From assembly GCF_009914755.1 (NCBI RefSeq), contig NC_060947.1: a stretch of DNA of 64,000 nucleotides; one strand, written 5' to 3'. Position 1 is the stretch's first letter, and the number at the start of each line of letters is the position of its first letter. This document shows, piece after piece, positions 46,681 through 61,599 of the stretch. Below the pieces are notes generated by a model. That model saw nothing but the letters and a program-made list of their open reading frames with translations, made no database searches and was not told where the DNA came from. A program made the translations under genes and the position numbers. The DNA comes from the human T2T-CHM13v2.0 reference genome, Homo sapiens.

Positions 46681-47409
46681 CTGGCTCCAAAAGTCTTATC
46701 GTTCTGGTGGATCATCAATTCACATTTATTCAATGTATGAATGAACAAATGAAGGAAGGAAGGAACTGAACCACCGAACAAATGAACAGCCTGAAATAGG
46801 GGTTCCCAGCCCAAGCCACCTCTGCCTTCCACCCAGCTCCGCACCGCACCCTTCACACCCTCTGCAACTCCCTGAAGGGAAAAGGAAAGCATTTGAAAAA
46901 GGCTTCCTACAAACGTGAATTCACAGTCACATTTTAAAAGCTCCAGCGCCAAAGCATCTCCCCAACCCCCCACTGCTTCGACCATTTACCTAAGGAGAAG
47001 CTCACCACCAGTTTCTCCGACTCCCTCATTCTGCCCTCAGCTTCCTGCGCTGGAGCCCCTGGGAATTCCGGCCCATAAGCTGCAGCCCCAAACCTTAGTG
47101 AAGAAACAAACGGGCTGCCCTCTCTCTCCTTGCACTTCACCAGTGGGTTCGTTTCAACGCCTGTGGGTGTATTTCAATGAGAACAACATGAAAACATGGG
47201 CGGATTCTTTTCTGTCTAAAAGAAAAAACCTGGACCAATAAGCTGAAGTAATAACAAAGCAGAATGTGGACATCTGCTCCCCGCCCTGAGCGACTCCCCA
47301 CCTCGCATTTCCTGGGGCCTTGTCACACCCCCCAAGGCATGGATTGCCAAAGTCAAAATTAATTCCCCTACATTGACTGGGCATTGCAACCTGCTGATGT
47401 GTTGCTTGC

Positions 47410-47760
47410 GACTTATTTGTTCATTCATTAAACTAAAATGCAGTGAGCCCTTTCTAGGTGCAAGGCGCTGTGGAGGCTTCATTTTGAACAAGCCTTTTAG
47501 GAAGCCTGCGGTCTAATGGGAAGCCGAGACAAGCCCATTAATAACTGTGATACAGGAAGAAACGAGGCGAGGCATCAACCCAGGAAGTGCTGGGAAAGAA
47601 TAAAAAGAACGTTTGTTTGTGTGGAGGTGGGGCTGGAAGTGCTGGTCAGGAAGGCTTCATGAAGGTGGTGGCGTTTCACCTGGGCAGTACAAGTCTGGGC
47701 AAGATTGCAACAAGCCTGACTGGAAGGAAAAGCACTCTGGGTACAGGATGCTGAGTGAGG
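47410..47760 (-). mobile_element. L2 3' fragment
   Basis: ttcattcattaa...ggtcaggaaggcttcatgaagg. Confidence 0.55.
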
Positions 47761-47959
47761 AAAGGTCCAGAGGTGGGCAGATGCCAGAAGCAGGGTCCCA
47801 GCATCATCCACCTTTAGTGAGAACACGCAGAGGCAATGGCAGACAAGCCTAGCAAAGCGAACAGAAATAGTTCCCAGAGCAAGCAGAAAGTCAGGCTGAG
47901 GAGTCTGGAGTTTATTTGGTGGATAGAGGGGAACTACAGAAGGCTTCTTGGCCAGGGAG

Positions 47960-48442
47960 TATCTGTCGTTTGTCTCTTCTGAGATCCATTTCCTTCCCTT
48001 CTCTTGCTCTGCTTGGTGCAACAGGAAACTACATTTCCCAGGTTCCTTTGCAAGTGGCCTCTATTATGGTTCAGCCAATGGGGTACACTGGTGGGAGCCA
48101 GAGGGCAGGAAGAGGGAGAAATCAGGGTATTTCTCCCCATTCCCTTTGCCTTGGGCAGCATCTCTAGCATCATTTGCTTCTCCTGCATCTTCTGTGTGGT
48201 TCCAGCTCCCGTCAGTTGACTCCAGCTCCCACGTCCCCTTAGTGCTTCCTTTCCCCTTTGTCCTTCCAGCCCTAAGGGATGCTAGCTGCCATAGCTAACC
48301 TCTGGGTTATAGGGGACCTCGCTGTCCCCTATTTGGCTTTTCAGCTTCTCAAGCATCTGTGAAGCCAGTTTCCAGGATTCTATTCCTTATATTTTAATAC
48401 CTGGAGTGGTTTCTCTTCTCTTGGCTAGACTCCCACTAATCC
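47960..48442 (+). mobile_element. ERVL LTR (LTR33-like)
   Basis: actacatttcccagg...cagccaatggggtacactggtgggagccagagggcaggaagagggaga...aatacctggagtggtttct. Confidence 0.65.
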
Positions 48443-48570
48443 AGGGTAATTGGATACAATTTGGTTCCAGCAGGCTCATGCTGGCTGCAGAGGGCCCCAT
48501 CTGACAGTTTTTGGGGTCTCCCAGGGGAAGGGTGAGCAATGCCTGAAGCAGCACACTGGCACGAGAATAG

Positions 48571-49054
<484 letters not shown>

Positions 49055-49437
49055 TAATCCATGCACCCAACTATTGGGCTTTTTCTCACTGATTTTGGAT
49101 TGAGGAGATTGAAGGAAGAGATCTCTAAAGGGAGAGAGCACCAGGAGACAGGAGCAGCAGAAGAAGACAGCTTCAGGCCAGTAGGAGGGGCTGAGCCATA
49201 GGCAAAGCCATGAAAGAAATGTGGGGATTGGGCACACAGGAACCTGGAGAAGGGCTATTATGCAAGAGGTCGAGAGCCCAGCACTGAGCAGGGGCCAAGG
49301 GGATGAAGGGAGGGGAGTGATACTGGGCACATCAGCTGTCAGGGGCCTGCCCAGAGCAGAATCAGGAGATCAATGGAGGAAGGAGTCAGACCCGGGGCAG
49401 TGAGCACAGACAGGTCTCAGACAAGAAGCCTTCCAGA

Positions 49438-49742
<305 letters not shown>

Positions 49743-49854
49743 AGCCTTGCAGAGAAGAAAGGCAGGAAAAGACTTGCCCAGGGATGAGGTACATCTGAGA
49801 CTACAGAAAGGAGCCCAATGAAAAGTAACAGCCCAAAAGCCCAAGGATGAGTGT

Positions 49855-50430
49855 GTTCATTCATTCATGTATTCATTCATTCATTCATTCACTCAACAAG
49901 CATTTACTGAGTGCCTCCATGTGCCAAGTACTGTTTTGAGCTCTGGGAATGGAGCAGTGAATGAAAGAGATGAAAAGCCCCTGACTGCCTAGAGCTTCTA
50001 TTTCAATAAGGAGAAATAGACAATAAACAAGAACACATCAAATATGTCATATTGCAGGTGATGGTAATGGCTATGGGGAAACAAGAATGGGGTTGGGGGG
50101 TTGCAATTTAAATAGGTGGTTTGGGGGAGGCCTAATGGGAAGGAGACTTAAGCAAGCAAGCCATGAGGATTTCTGCAGGAAGGGCATGTCAGACGGGGGA
50201 ACAGCCAGTGCAAGGGCCCTGAGGCAGGAATGTGCCTGGTGTGTTCTGGGAATGACAATGAGATCAAGTGGAGCCAGATGGGGCCCGGGGTGCAGGGTGA
50301 CAGGATACGAGGTCAGAGAGGTAGAGGAGTCAGATCAGGGAAGGCCTTGTCAGAGTAGGGACTTGGGCTTTAATCTGAGGGAAATGGGGAGCCACGGGAG
50401 GGCTTGGAGCAGGAGAGTGATGTGATCTGA
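49855..50430 (-). mobile_element. L2 3' end with (TTCA)n
   Basis: ttcattcattc...caacaagcatttactgagtgcc...gtgcaagggccctgaggcagg. Confidence 0.88.
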
Positions 50431-52889
50431 CTGAGAGCAGTGACTGAGTTAGGGAGGTGAGTAATCTGAGGACCGGGAAGCTACAGCAGTGAGCTGCCTT
50501 CCTGTGGGAACCATTGTCCCAGAGGCCCAACTGGGGCACACATATTGGGAGAGGCATGGCTTCCTGAGAGCAGGCAGAGTGGGGACAGGGCCAAGGAGTA
50601 CCTCAGGCCTTTGTCATGTCTGAGGCCCAGATATGTGAGTGCACTGGGATTTGCCAGCTCACAGTAGGAGCCTCCCATGCTATTAATAGTCCCTGGGTTC
50701 CACACCCACAATTCCATGGTACAAAGTATTTATGAGCCTCCCGAAGACTTCTCTCTTCCCTCAAAGCCCTGAACAGGGCTTTACTCCCCACCGCTGGTGT
50801 CCACCTGAGGGAGCAGGAACTATGAACCCTCTGAACTTTGTTCCCAGAAGCCCCTGCACTGAAGCCTGCCCTCATGCCCACCCTAGGGCTCTCCAGGCTG
50901 CTCACTGGCCTATCCAAGAGGCAGCCTGCAGACAGGGGCAACCTAGATGCACCACCCACAGCCTGCCTCTGCCCCAAGAGCCCTCTTCTCCCCCAAACCC
51001 ACCAGCGTTTGTGGACCTCAACACTCCTATAGCACTCCTCACTCCTAAGATGGCCCATTTCTAGGAAAGCCGTGACTGTGGCTTCTACAAACCTTCAACC
51101 AGCAGCGGAACCCACAGGGCCAGGCCTTGCCTGGCTGTGTTTCATTCTAGAGCCTCAGCCTAGCGTCTTCCCTTCAGTCTCTTGGAGCAGCCACAAGAGT
51201 ATATATCTCTGCACCTGTGAGCACACGCCTACTGGACCTCTTTTTTAGGAGAGTGGCTCCTCACAGCCTGAATCAGCAATTTACCCTCAGAACTCTGAGA
51301 ATGACAGTAGTCCCTGGCAGGCACTCAACAGCCCTCATTGGCAGCCTTGTTGGAACTGGTGGCCATGTTAGAACTAACTGGTGGCCCTTTCACAAAGGGT
51401 CCATCCAAAAGCAGGCATTGAGATGTCATCACGGAGGACATGGAGCTCTTTGCAGAAACGCTGCTGCCACTGTATCTCCTCACAACCCCAAACTCGGTCT
51501 CAGGGAGTCTAGGTATATTCAGCTGGGTGCAAAAGGCACTGCCTTTGGCTTTAGAGTCTGTTCCTAAATCCTCCACAACAATAAAGTTTAGTCTCCCTGC
51601 TTCCCTTATGAAAGTCGACACTTTTGTACTCTACATAAAGTTGAATGTTAAAAATAATAGCTTTTGTGTTGGAGTATACACTTTCAATATTCATTTTCCA
51701 CGCTTCAGGATAAAATATATGACCATTAAGTCACTACAATAAGTTGAAAAACAAGATTACTGCTTTCACATCTTGTGTGAGTTGCTAATAATCTTGCTGT
51801 TATCCTGACATTATGGTCAAAAGATATTGCTTTTAAAGTTATTGGGATGCAGTGTGCCCAACATGATGGGGTTTTTTTTGAAAATATACAGCAGGGAAAG
51901 ATGGAGGAGGGGGAGTTTTGATTTTATTGGGGGGCGGGGGTGATGTCTTTTTAAATTTTTCATTACGGGGAATTTCAGACACATTCAGAAGTCCAGGGAA
52001 TCGTATAAGGAACACTATGACCTCATCACCAGCTTCAACAACCTGCAACCTGGGGTCAATCTGGCCCTACCCTCACCCCACGTCCCAGGAGGCTGTGAAG
52101 TCAGCCCCCAACAGCACAGACTTCACCCAGACGGCACCCATTTGGCTTAATAACGTAGAGGATTATTGTTGAGGGGTAAGATCCTTGTTCCTAGGCTTCT
52201 CTCTGTACTTGGGTGAAACAGAGATGAACTTCATCCTGGCCGATCCCCGGGAAGCCTGGGACGTTGCTTCCTAGACCTTCGTGCTGCCTGAACCTTTGCT
52301 GCAGCGGCTGGAACAGAAGACGTGTCTGCAGCTTAATGAGGGTCCGAGAGGGGAACTGGGAGGGAGACTGCATGCAAGGCCTTGCTGCCAGGGCCGCCCT
52401 CCATCCCTGCTGCCTGTGGGAAAAACACTCCATCTGCAAGAAATGACCTTTTGAAAAAAGCTCATCTGACCCCTTCATTTAATATCAGCTTAATATTATT
52501 TATGGGACTTTCCACGCCCCTCAAGAGCAAGGCCAGAGAGGCCTGGTGTGCTCCAGCTCTGACAGTCAGTCCCCCACACCACCCTTCCACCTTCATCCCT
52601 CCCCTCCGTGCCTCCCACTCCAACACACATTGAACAGGTCGCTCTGGGCACCTAGTGGAGGAGCCTTGGCTGGGTCCCATGGGCCAGGTTCCAGGACATT
52701 CACATTTGCTGAACTCCCCATCCAGAATACACAAATCCCTTCCCACTAACTGTATACCTCCTGGTCCAACAAAGCTCAGCTCCAGTCACCTCCTCCAGGA
52801 ATCCTTTACTGGGCTCCCAAAAAAAGAACCAGGCCCACTCTCTGTGCTCACAGAGCACCCAATATTGCTTGTCACTGAACCTTTTTTTC

Positions 52890-53045
52890 CAACAAATATT
52901 TACTGAGCAGCTACTATGTTTCAGGTACTATTCTAGCCACTAGTGATGTAACAGTGTCAGGAAAAACTGTAAATAACTGTGTTCCCTCAAGGAACTTCTA
53001 CTCCAGTTGTGAAGACAGAAAATAAGATACTCATACAACAAATAA
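52890..53045 (-). mobile_element. L2 3' end fragment
   Basis: caacaaatatttactgagcagctactatg. Confidence 0.75.
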
Positions 53046-53050
53046 GATAA

Positions 53051-53190
53051 GCTGGGGTGGTGGCTCACACCTGTAACCCAGGGGACTCAGGAGGCTGAGG
53101 CAGGAGGATCGCTTGAGGCCAGGAGTTTAGGACCAGCCTGGGCAACATAGTGAGACACCTCCCCACTCCACATCTAAAAAGGAAAAAATA
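53051..53190 (+). mobile_element. FLAM / Alu monomer
   Basis: gctggggtggtggctcacacctgt...cctgggcaacatagtgagac. Confidence 0.88.
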
Positions 53191-53239
53191 ATAACCATAC
53201 CAAGTGTCAACAGGATATGGAGTAACTATAACTTTCCTA

Positions 53240-53636
<397 letters not shown>

Positions 53637-53713
53637 TCATGAGGTCCCCAGGAGACACTGACTGTTAGTGTTAGCCTCCCGGGACCTCTACCTCTGATCG
53701 TCTGCACACCTAG

Positions 53714-54259
<546 letters not shown>

Positions 54260-54374
54260 TAATTGAAGCAAAATGTACATAAAGAAAAGTATACATGTCA
54301 CAAGTGTACAGCTTGATGACATTTCACAAAGTGAATTTAAACCCGTGTAACCAGCATTCAAATCAAGAAGCAAA

Positions 54375-54490
54375 GGAGGCTGAGGTTTGAGTCCAGAAGT
54401 TGGAGTCTGCATTGAACTATGACTCTGTCACTGCACCCCAGCCTGGGCAACAAGAGTGACACACTGTCTCTAAAAGAAGAAGAAAAAAAA
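54375..54490 (+). mobile_element. Alu right-arm fragment / FRAM
   Basis: ggaggctgagg...cactgcaccccagcctgggcaac; flanked by aagaagcaa. Confidence 0.8.
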
Positions 54491-54654
54491 GAAGCAAGGG
54501 AGCCAGACCAGCACTCCAGAAATCCGCTGGGGCCCCTTCTGGAGACTCCTGTATAGCCAAGGATAGCCATTATTCAACCTTCCAATATCATAAATTAGTT
54601 TTGCCTGGTTTTGAACTTTGTATCAATGGAATCATACAGCATACAGTATATGCT

Positions 54655-55015
54655 TGTCTTAGTCTATTCCAGCTGTTATTAAAAAATGACATACATTGAG
54701 TAATTTATAAACAACAAAAGTGTATTGCTCACAGTTCTGGGGGCTAGGAAGTCCAAGAACAAGGCAGATTCTGTGTCTGGTGAGGGCTCATTCTCAGCTT
54801 CATAGATGATGCCTTCTCCCTGCATCTTCACATGGCAGAAGGAGTGAGGGAATTCTCAGGGGCCTCTTTTAAAAGGGCACCAATCCCATTCATTAAGGCA
54901 GAGCCCTCATGACCTAATCACCTCCCAAGGGTCCCACCTCCTAATACCATCATATTTGGGATTAAGCTTCAACATATGAATTAATGAGGGTGACACAAAC
55001 ATTCAGCCCATAGGA
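54655..55015 (-). mobile_element. MaLR solo LTR (MLT1A-like)
   Basis: tgtcttagtc...ctcatgacctaatcacctccca...aacattcagcccatag; TSD atgct / gtgct. Confidence 0.88.
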
Positions 55016-55256
55016 GTGCTCCTTTGTCTCTGGCTTCTTTTGCTCAACATGATGTTTCTGAAAGTTTCCATGTTGTCCTGAGGGGCAAAGTTTGCTCATT
55101 TTCATTGTCATTATTATTCTATTGTGTTAATATGCCACATGATTCGTTGATTCAATCTGTTACTGATAGCAAGCTGTGTAGTTTTCATGTTTTTTGTTTG
55201 TGTCGCAAGTAGTGCTATAATCATATATGGACACTGAAGGAAGCTGTCTCAAGGAG

Positions 55257-55651
55257 GGCTATGATTTGAATGTTTGTCCCCTCCAAAACTCATGCTGAAA
55301 TTTAACTGCAATTGTAACAGTATTAAGAGGAAGGACCTTTAAGACAAGATCAGATCATAAGGGCTTCATCCTCATTAATGGATTAATGCCAAGATAAAAA
55401 GGGCTTTGGGAATGGGTTTGCCCCCTCCCTTCCACTCTTCTGCCTTGTGAAGAATAGTGTTCCTCCCCTCCGGAGGATGCAGCATTCAAAATGCCATCTT
55501 GGAAGTGGAGACTGGGCCCTTACCAGACATCAAACTTGATGATGCCTTGATCTTGGACTTCCCAGTCTCCAGAACTGTAAGCCAATAAACTCCTGTTATT
55601 CATAAATTACCCGGTCTGTAGTATTCCACTGTAGCATCAAAAACAAAGACA
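55257..55651 (+). mobile_element. MaLR solo LTR (MST/MLT1A-like)
   Basis: gctatgatttgaatgtttgtcccctccaaaactcatg...ttggacttcccagtctccagaactgt. Confidence 0.85.
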
Positions 55652-55689
55652 AGGTGCAAGGTGACATGAACAAAAAACAAAACAGCCAA

Positions 55690-55860
55690 GAGATTGGCAG
55701 ATAAATGGAGTTGGAGCCCTGATCACACCACACCTGAAGCTCACCCTACTGCTGGGTTTTTTAGTTACTTGAACTTTTACATCCCCTTTATTTTATTGTT
55801 TAAGCCAGGCTGAGCTGGATTTTCTGTCACTTGCAGTTGAAATCATTCTAGTTGGTACAG
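55690..55860 (+). mobile_element. Old MaLR LTR 3' end (MLT1J/K-like)
   Basis: tttaagccaggctgagctggattttctgtcacttgca. Confidence 0.55.
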
Positions 55861-56009
55861 AGTGTGGGAAGGAAAGAGCCTCAAGGAAGTATAAGAAAAG
55901 CATATATAGGATGAGAAAAAAATTAGAAGTCTTGGGTCAAGGTAAATAGGAAAGAGGCTATAAGGGTTTGTTCCAAGGCCAGAGCACCTCTAGAAAGGGT
56001 GGTCATTTC

Positions 56010-56406
56010 AATTACAGTTTAGTAAATAGTCACCTCCTCTCCCTCCCTTTGTGGGGCAGGGTATACTGTCCTTCCCCATTGATGTTGTGCCAGACAATGT
56101 GGCATAGTTTGTCCAATGAGATGTCAGAAGACTCTAAGGTTAGCAAAGGCTTGAAATGTGCTGGTGCAGCTGGGCTTGGCCTCTGATGTTTCTGTCATCA
56201 GCATGAGAAGAAAGTGCCCTAGGTGGTCCAATGGTCTTGTAAGAATGAGAGACACAAGGAACAGACCTGAATCCAACTCACAACCTGGAGCCAAAGCTAG
56301 CTGACCAGCAGATGCACAAGTATAATTAAATGCTTGGGGTCATATGCCACAGATTCTGGAGGTGGTTTGTTACACAGGATGATGACAACAATAGCTGACT
56401 GATACA
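56010..56406 (+). mobile_element. MaLR LTR (MLT1H/I-like)
   Basis: ggcttgaaatgtgctggtgcag...ggtggtttgttacacag...atagctgactgataca. Confidence 0.7.
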
Positions 56407-56514
56407 TAAGGAAAGAGGAAGGATCAATATGACCAGGGGAAATTCGCCTAGGAGAGTGGATTTTCTTGGTAGGGCTTCAAAACCAAGTACCACAAGCAGA
56501 GTGGTACACAATAG

Positions 56515-56892
56515 AAATTGTGGGGTGGTAAGCAATGGACATGTATTTTCTCATAGTTCTGGCAGCTAGAAGTCCAAGATCAAGGTGTCAGTAGGGTTGG
56601 TTCCTTCTGAGGGCTGTGAGGGAAGGATCTGTTCCACACCTCTCTCCTTGGCTTTAGGTGGCTATCTTCTCCCTATGTCTCTTAACATCATCTTCTCTCT
56701 ATGCATGTCTGTATCCAAATTTTCCCTTCTTATAAGGACACCAGCTATATTGGATTAGGGCCCACACTAACAACCTCATTTTCACTTGATCACCTCTGTA
56801 CAGACCCTGTTTCCAAATAAGGTCACATTCTGAGGTATTAGGGGTTAGGACTCCAACATATGAATTTTGGAGAGACACAATTCAGCCCATGT
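56515..56892 (-). mobile_element. MaLR LTR (MLT1B/C-like)
   Basis: agaagtccaagatcaaggtgtc...ttataaggacaccag...caattcagccca. Confidence 0.88.
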
Positions 56893-57049
56893 CAGTGAGC
56901 ATGTTTATGATCACGGCAAGGACACCAACCCCGATAATAAGGAAAATTCTCTCTGCTACCTCTGGGTCTCATGCCAAGCATTGGTGTCCTGCTCCATATA
57001 CTAGTGTCCACCACTGGGTTGATGTAGTGGGTTCTCCACTGCATGGAAG

Positions 57050-57220
57050 AAGGCAGTATAGAAAGGGTTTACAGTCAAACAGTCCTGCACTCAAAACCCA
57101 ACTCTACAACTAACTAGCTGTCTGACCTTGATTATTGGAACCTTCTGAGCCCCGGTTTCCTTATCTATGAAATAGACTTGCTAATTCTATCCCATTGAAT
57201 TGTCCTAAGGAAAAAATTGC
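57050..57220 (+). mobile_element. MIR SINE fragment
   Basis: actagctgtctgaccttg...tttccttatctatgaaat. Confidence 0.65.
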
Positions 57221-57229
57221 GTGTGTCCT

Positions 57230-57728
57230 TTAGATGAACATTTGGTCAGTGACAGAAAACACAACAGACCTTCGCTTAAACAAGTAAAGGATTTGTTTCC
57301 TTCATACAAAAAGAAATGAAGAGGAGGGTGATCTAAGACTAGTATGGCAGCCCAACAATATCTCTAAAGACCAGATTTCTTCTCTCTTCCTTCTCTAGCA
57401 TCCTCAACATATGGTTTTTGTCCTCATGAATACAATATAGCTGCTGCACCTCCTGGCATCAAGTCTGCATTCCAGACAGGATGATAGGGGGAGGGGAAAG
57501 AATAAGGAGCTAAAGGGGCATGCCAGCTGAGATGGCCCTTTGTCAAAGGTTCCTCAAAAAGCCTGTCCTGCAGCTTTTGCTTATAACCAATTGACTGGAT
57601 CTGGGTCACGTGGGCACCACAAGCTCCAAGGGAGTCTGGGAGATTGCATGTTTGTGCTTTCCAGCCTCTAAAATAGAAGAGCACAAGGGAGAAGCCAGTG
57701 TGTACAGCTAGTCCACAGTGTCTGCCAT
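57230..57728 (-). mobile_element. Old MaLR LTR (MLT1J/K-like)
   Basis: gcttaaacaag...gctgctgcacctcctggcatcaagtctgcattccagacagg. Confidence 0.65.
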
Positions 57729-57858
57729 GTCAGATAGGCCAAAAATGCAAGCATAGCACCAATACATACAGGTTTTTAAATAAATGTTTGCTGAAGCTTA
57801 TTTTGCGGAATAAAACATCTGGATGAAGTATGGGATGCCATGTGATCCACACCCCCTT

Positions 57859-57922
57859 ATTCACTGTAATACCTCCCAACCCTATACCAAATTCACTGTA
57901 ATAGCTCCAAACCCTATACCAA
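57859..57922. repeat. 32-bp tandem duplication (2 mismatches)
   Basis: attcactgtaatacctcccaaccctataccaa / attcactgtaatagctccaaaccctataccaa. Confidence 0.93.
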
Positions 57923-59182
57923 AATTTCCCCATCACCAGTTAGATTAGAGAGTTGCAGAGACAAGTGTGAACATCCTTGAATCTGATTCTAACTCCTCCT
58001 CTCCTTCAAGCCTGGGATCACCAGCAGAGGTTCTGGGTGCTACAAAAGGCATTGCAAAACCCTGTCCCAGAGTCTAGAGACAGCATCCAAAATCTACAAT
58101 TGCCAGCCAAGAGCCGGGGACATTTGAAGGTGCTGGGCTGTCGTAGAAGGGACCCCAGCCACAGAAAACCAGCTGGCATCTCTGAACACCCTTCCAGACC
58201 ACAGCTGTTGGCTGACCTGACACTCAGACCCACAGAAAGGGCACAGACCCCAACCAGAAGGGGTTGGCTCTCAGAACAGGGCTTCCCAACCTTCTCATAC
58301 CCAAAGCCCACTTTTTATAAGGTCCAAAAATTCCCCTCCTTGCTGCACTTTTAGTATATGCTAAGAACAGTACATGGTGACATAAAGCAACTCAGAATGC
58401 TGGACGACCTGGTAATGACATATTTTACTCATCACAGCAGCACTATAGACATTTAGAAAATGGTCGTATTTCTACATCCAGGACATAATATTTATTCAGC
58501 CTACATACATACAGAGTGCCTAGCACAGATATGGATTTGAACACCCCTTGCTCTAAGCAGACAGCCTAGGCATCGCGTAACAGAAGTCAGCTGCCAGGGA
58601 GTCCCAGGAGGCGTGGGAGGAAGAAGGCAGCTCATAAGACGAACTCAGCTTGCTCTCAGAGAGAAGCCAATGTGTGTTGGGAGGCTGGAGGCTGCAGTGA
58701 GCCCTCGTGTTGGAGAAAATGTCCTCCAAAAGCCCGCTCGGGAGAGGTGTGAGATTGCACTTAATATGTCAATAAAGGTCAGAGACCAAATAATGAGACT
58801 GTGGCACACTGCATATTGTAGCTCCTTGATTAATGAACGCTACCTTCTCAAAAATGTTCTGTGCTCACCCCCGTGCCTTTTACCTTTCCGGATTGGTGGG
58901 GTATCCTGGGGAAAGTCAACTCTTCCAAACTGTAGTTTGAGGAGATGACTCTGGGAAAGACAGCATGCCTGCGGCCGCCACCTCTGCTGTCTATGCTGTG
59001 GAGGCCAGGATTGCCTTTGTGTCCCTCCTCTCTGAGTTGAGTCATTTCCCAGGCTTACAGCTCAGGCAAGCTTCCCTGCTACAGGGGGCTTCTTCCCCTT
59101 CTACTCAAATCAGCTGGGGCCAAGTTGGCAAGGAAGAACCAGGTAACTATGAGGTGGCAAAAAAATAAAAAATAAAAAATAA

Positions 59183-59551
<369 letters not shown>

Positions 59552-59579
59552 TAAATGCAGCTGGGTCTCCAGACACAAG

Positions 59580-60070
59580 AGCCTCCCTTCACCTCCTGTC
59601 CTCAACCCTGATCCAGGCCTAACAGGTCTTTCTGCTTCTAGTCTTCCTTGTCCTTCCGCACACTGTTCTCCTGCAGTTATTTGAAATGTACAACTCATCA
59701 CCTCACTCCTGGCTTAAAACCCTAGCCTGGAAAGCCCTTCCCATAGTGCTCATCTAGTTAACCCCTTCTTACCCTTCCAATTTCAATGCAAATATGGCTT
59801 CTGCAGGACAGACTTCTTAAGCAGATGCCTCAGACCAACACCTCAGACTGAGTCAGGGCCTTTACACCGTCTTAGCTATCCCTCCCCCACCCAACCTCCC
59901 GTGTCATGGCCTCATGGCAGATGGCAAATTTCTACACTCCTAGGTCGCCTAATGACTGTCTTCCTGAGGCTGTCAGCTCTGCGAGGCCAGGCACGGGCTC
60001 TATAACCCCAGTGTCAATGAATGCCTCCTATATGGTTGGCACTCAATACATATTTATTGAAGGGATAAAA
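59580..60070 (+). mobile_element. L2 fragments including the 3' end
   Basis: cactcctggcttaaaacc; ggcactcaatacatatttattgaa. Confidence 0.65.
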
Positions 60071-60091
60071 GTAGAAAGAAAAAGACATTCA

Positions 60092-60393
60092 TTTTCTTTT
60101 TTTGTTGTTGTTGTTGTCTTAGACAGGGTCTCACTCCATCACCCAGGGTGGAGTGCAGTGGTGCAATATCAGCTCACTGCAACCTCTGCCTCCCAGGGCT
60201 CAATTGATCCTCCCACCTCAGCCACCTGGGGCTACAGGAGTGCATCACCACTCATGGCTAACTTTTGTATTTTTTGTAGAGATGGGGTTTCGCCATGTTC
60301 CCTGGGCTGGTCTCGGACTCTGGACTCAAACGATCCTCCTGTCTCGGCCTCTCAAAGTGCTGGGATTACAGACGTAAGCCACTGCTCCCAGAC
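60092..60393 (-). mobile_element. Alu (AluJ-like)
   Basis: (TTG)n tail, diverged dimer. Confidence 0.93.
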
Positions 60394-60411
60394 CCAATAT
60401 GTTCGTTTTCA

Positions 60412-60833
<422 letters not shown>

Positions 60834-61599
60834 TCAACCACATGTCTAGAGATGAACACTGATAACAATTTTATGTGTCTCCTTTCATCCTTTCTCTACA
60901 TACTTTTTGTTTTATAAAACTGAGATTCTATTGAATATGTAGTACAGAGCATTATAGAACAATTATTTCCCAAAAACACGAGTGTACCATTCCCTCTATT
61001 CTTTTTTCTGTCACTTTTTTTTTTAAGATTTAACAATAGCACGTGGCCACTGTAGAAAATTTGGAAATACCAAAAAAAAAGGCATAAAAAAGAAACATAA
61101 ATTACCTATAATTGAACGCTAAGGATTTTCTACGGGTAAAGTAGCCCTGTGTTTCCTTTTAGTACTTTTTTCTGTGCACAAATTTTGCTGCATTTATTTC
61201 TGATAAAATCACAACAGTAAATTTCCAGGTGATCCTCGCCCAGAAAGGGAAAAAGGTGTTTCTTCTCCAAGCTGCTTAATGTGAAGGATGTCCTCTGGGG
61301 TGAGTGGGCCACTTTAGGGCCCTGGTGGGAGTGGCTTGCTCTGCCTCAGCCTCCACCTTCACTCGCCTCTGGCCCCAGGGCCTTTTGTGTGTCCCAGGCC
61401 TCCCGTGAAGCCATCAAGGCCTGGAGTGCTTTTGTAACCTGATCACCTTCAACCCTAACCATCCCTGCAGGTTTTCTTAACAAGACCAAATTTATGAGTC
61501 CCACAGGGAACCCAAGCCGCCAGCCTCCCCCAGCCCGGAGCCCACCCACCGCCGCTCCCAAAGCCACAGGGCATTTACAAGGGGGTCGGGTGGGTTTTG

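Larger units (their letters stand above)
54260..55210 (-). mobile_element. Ancient L1 3' fragment interrupted by a FRAM and an MLT1A
   Basis: aagtgtacagcttgatg; ttagttttgcctggttttgaact...aatggaatcatacag; tggcttcttttgctcaacatgatgttt. Confidence 0.75.
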
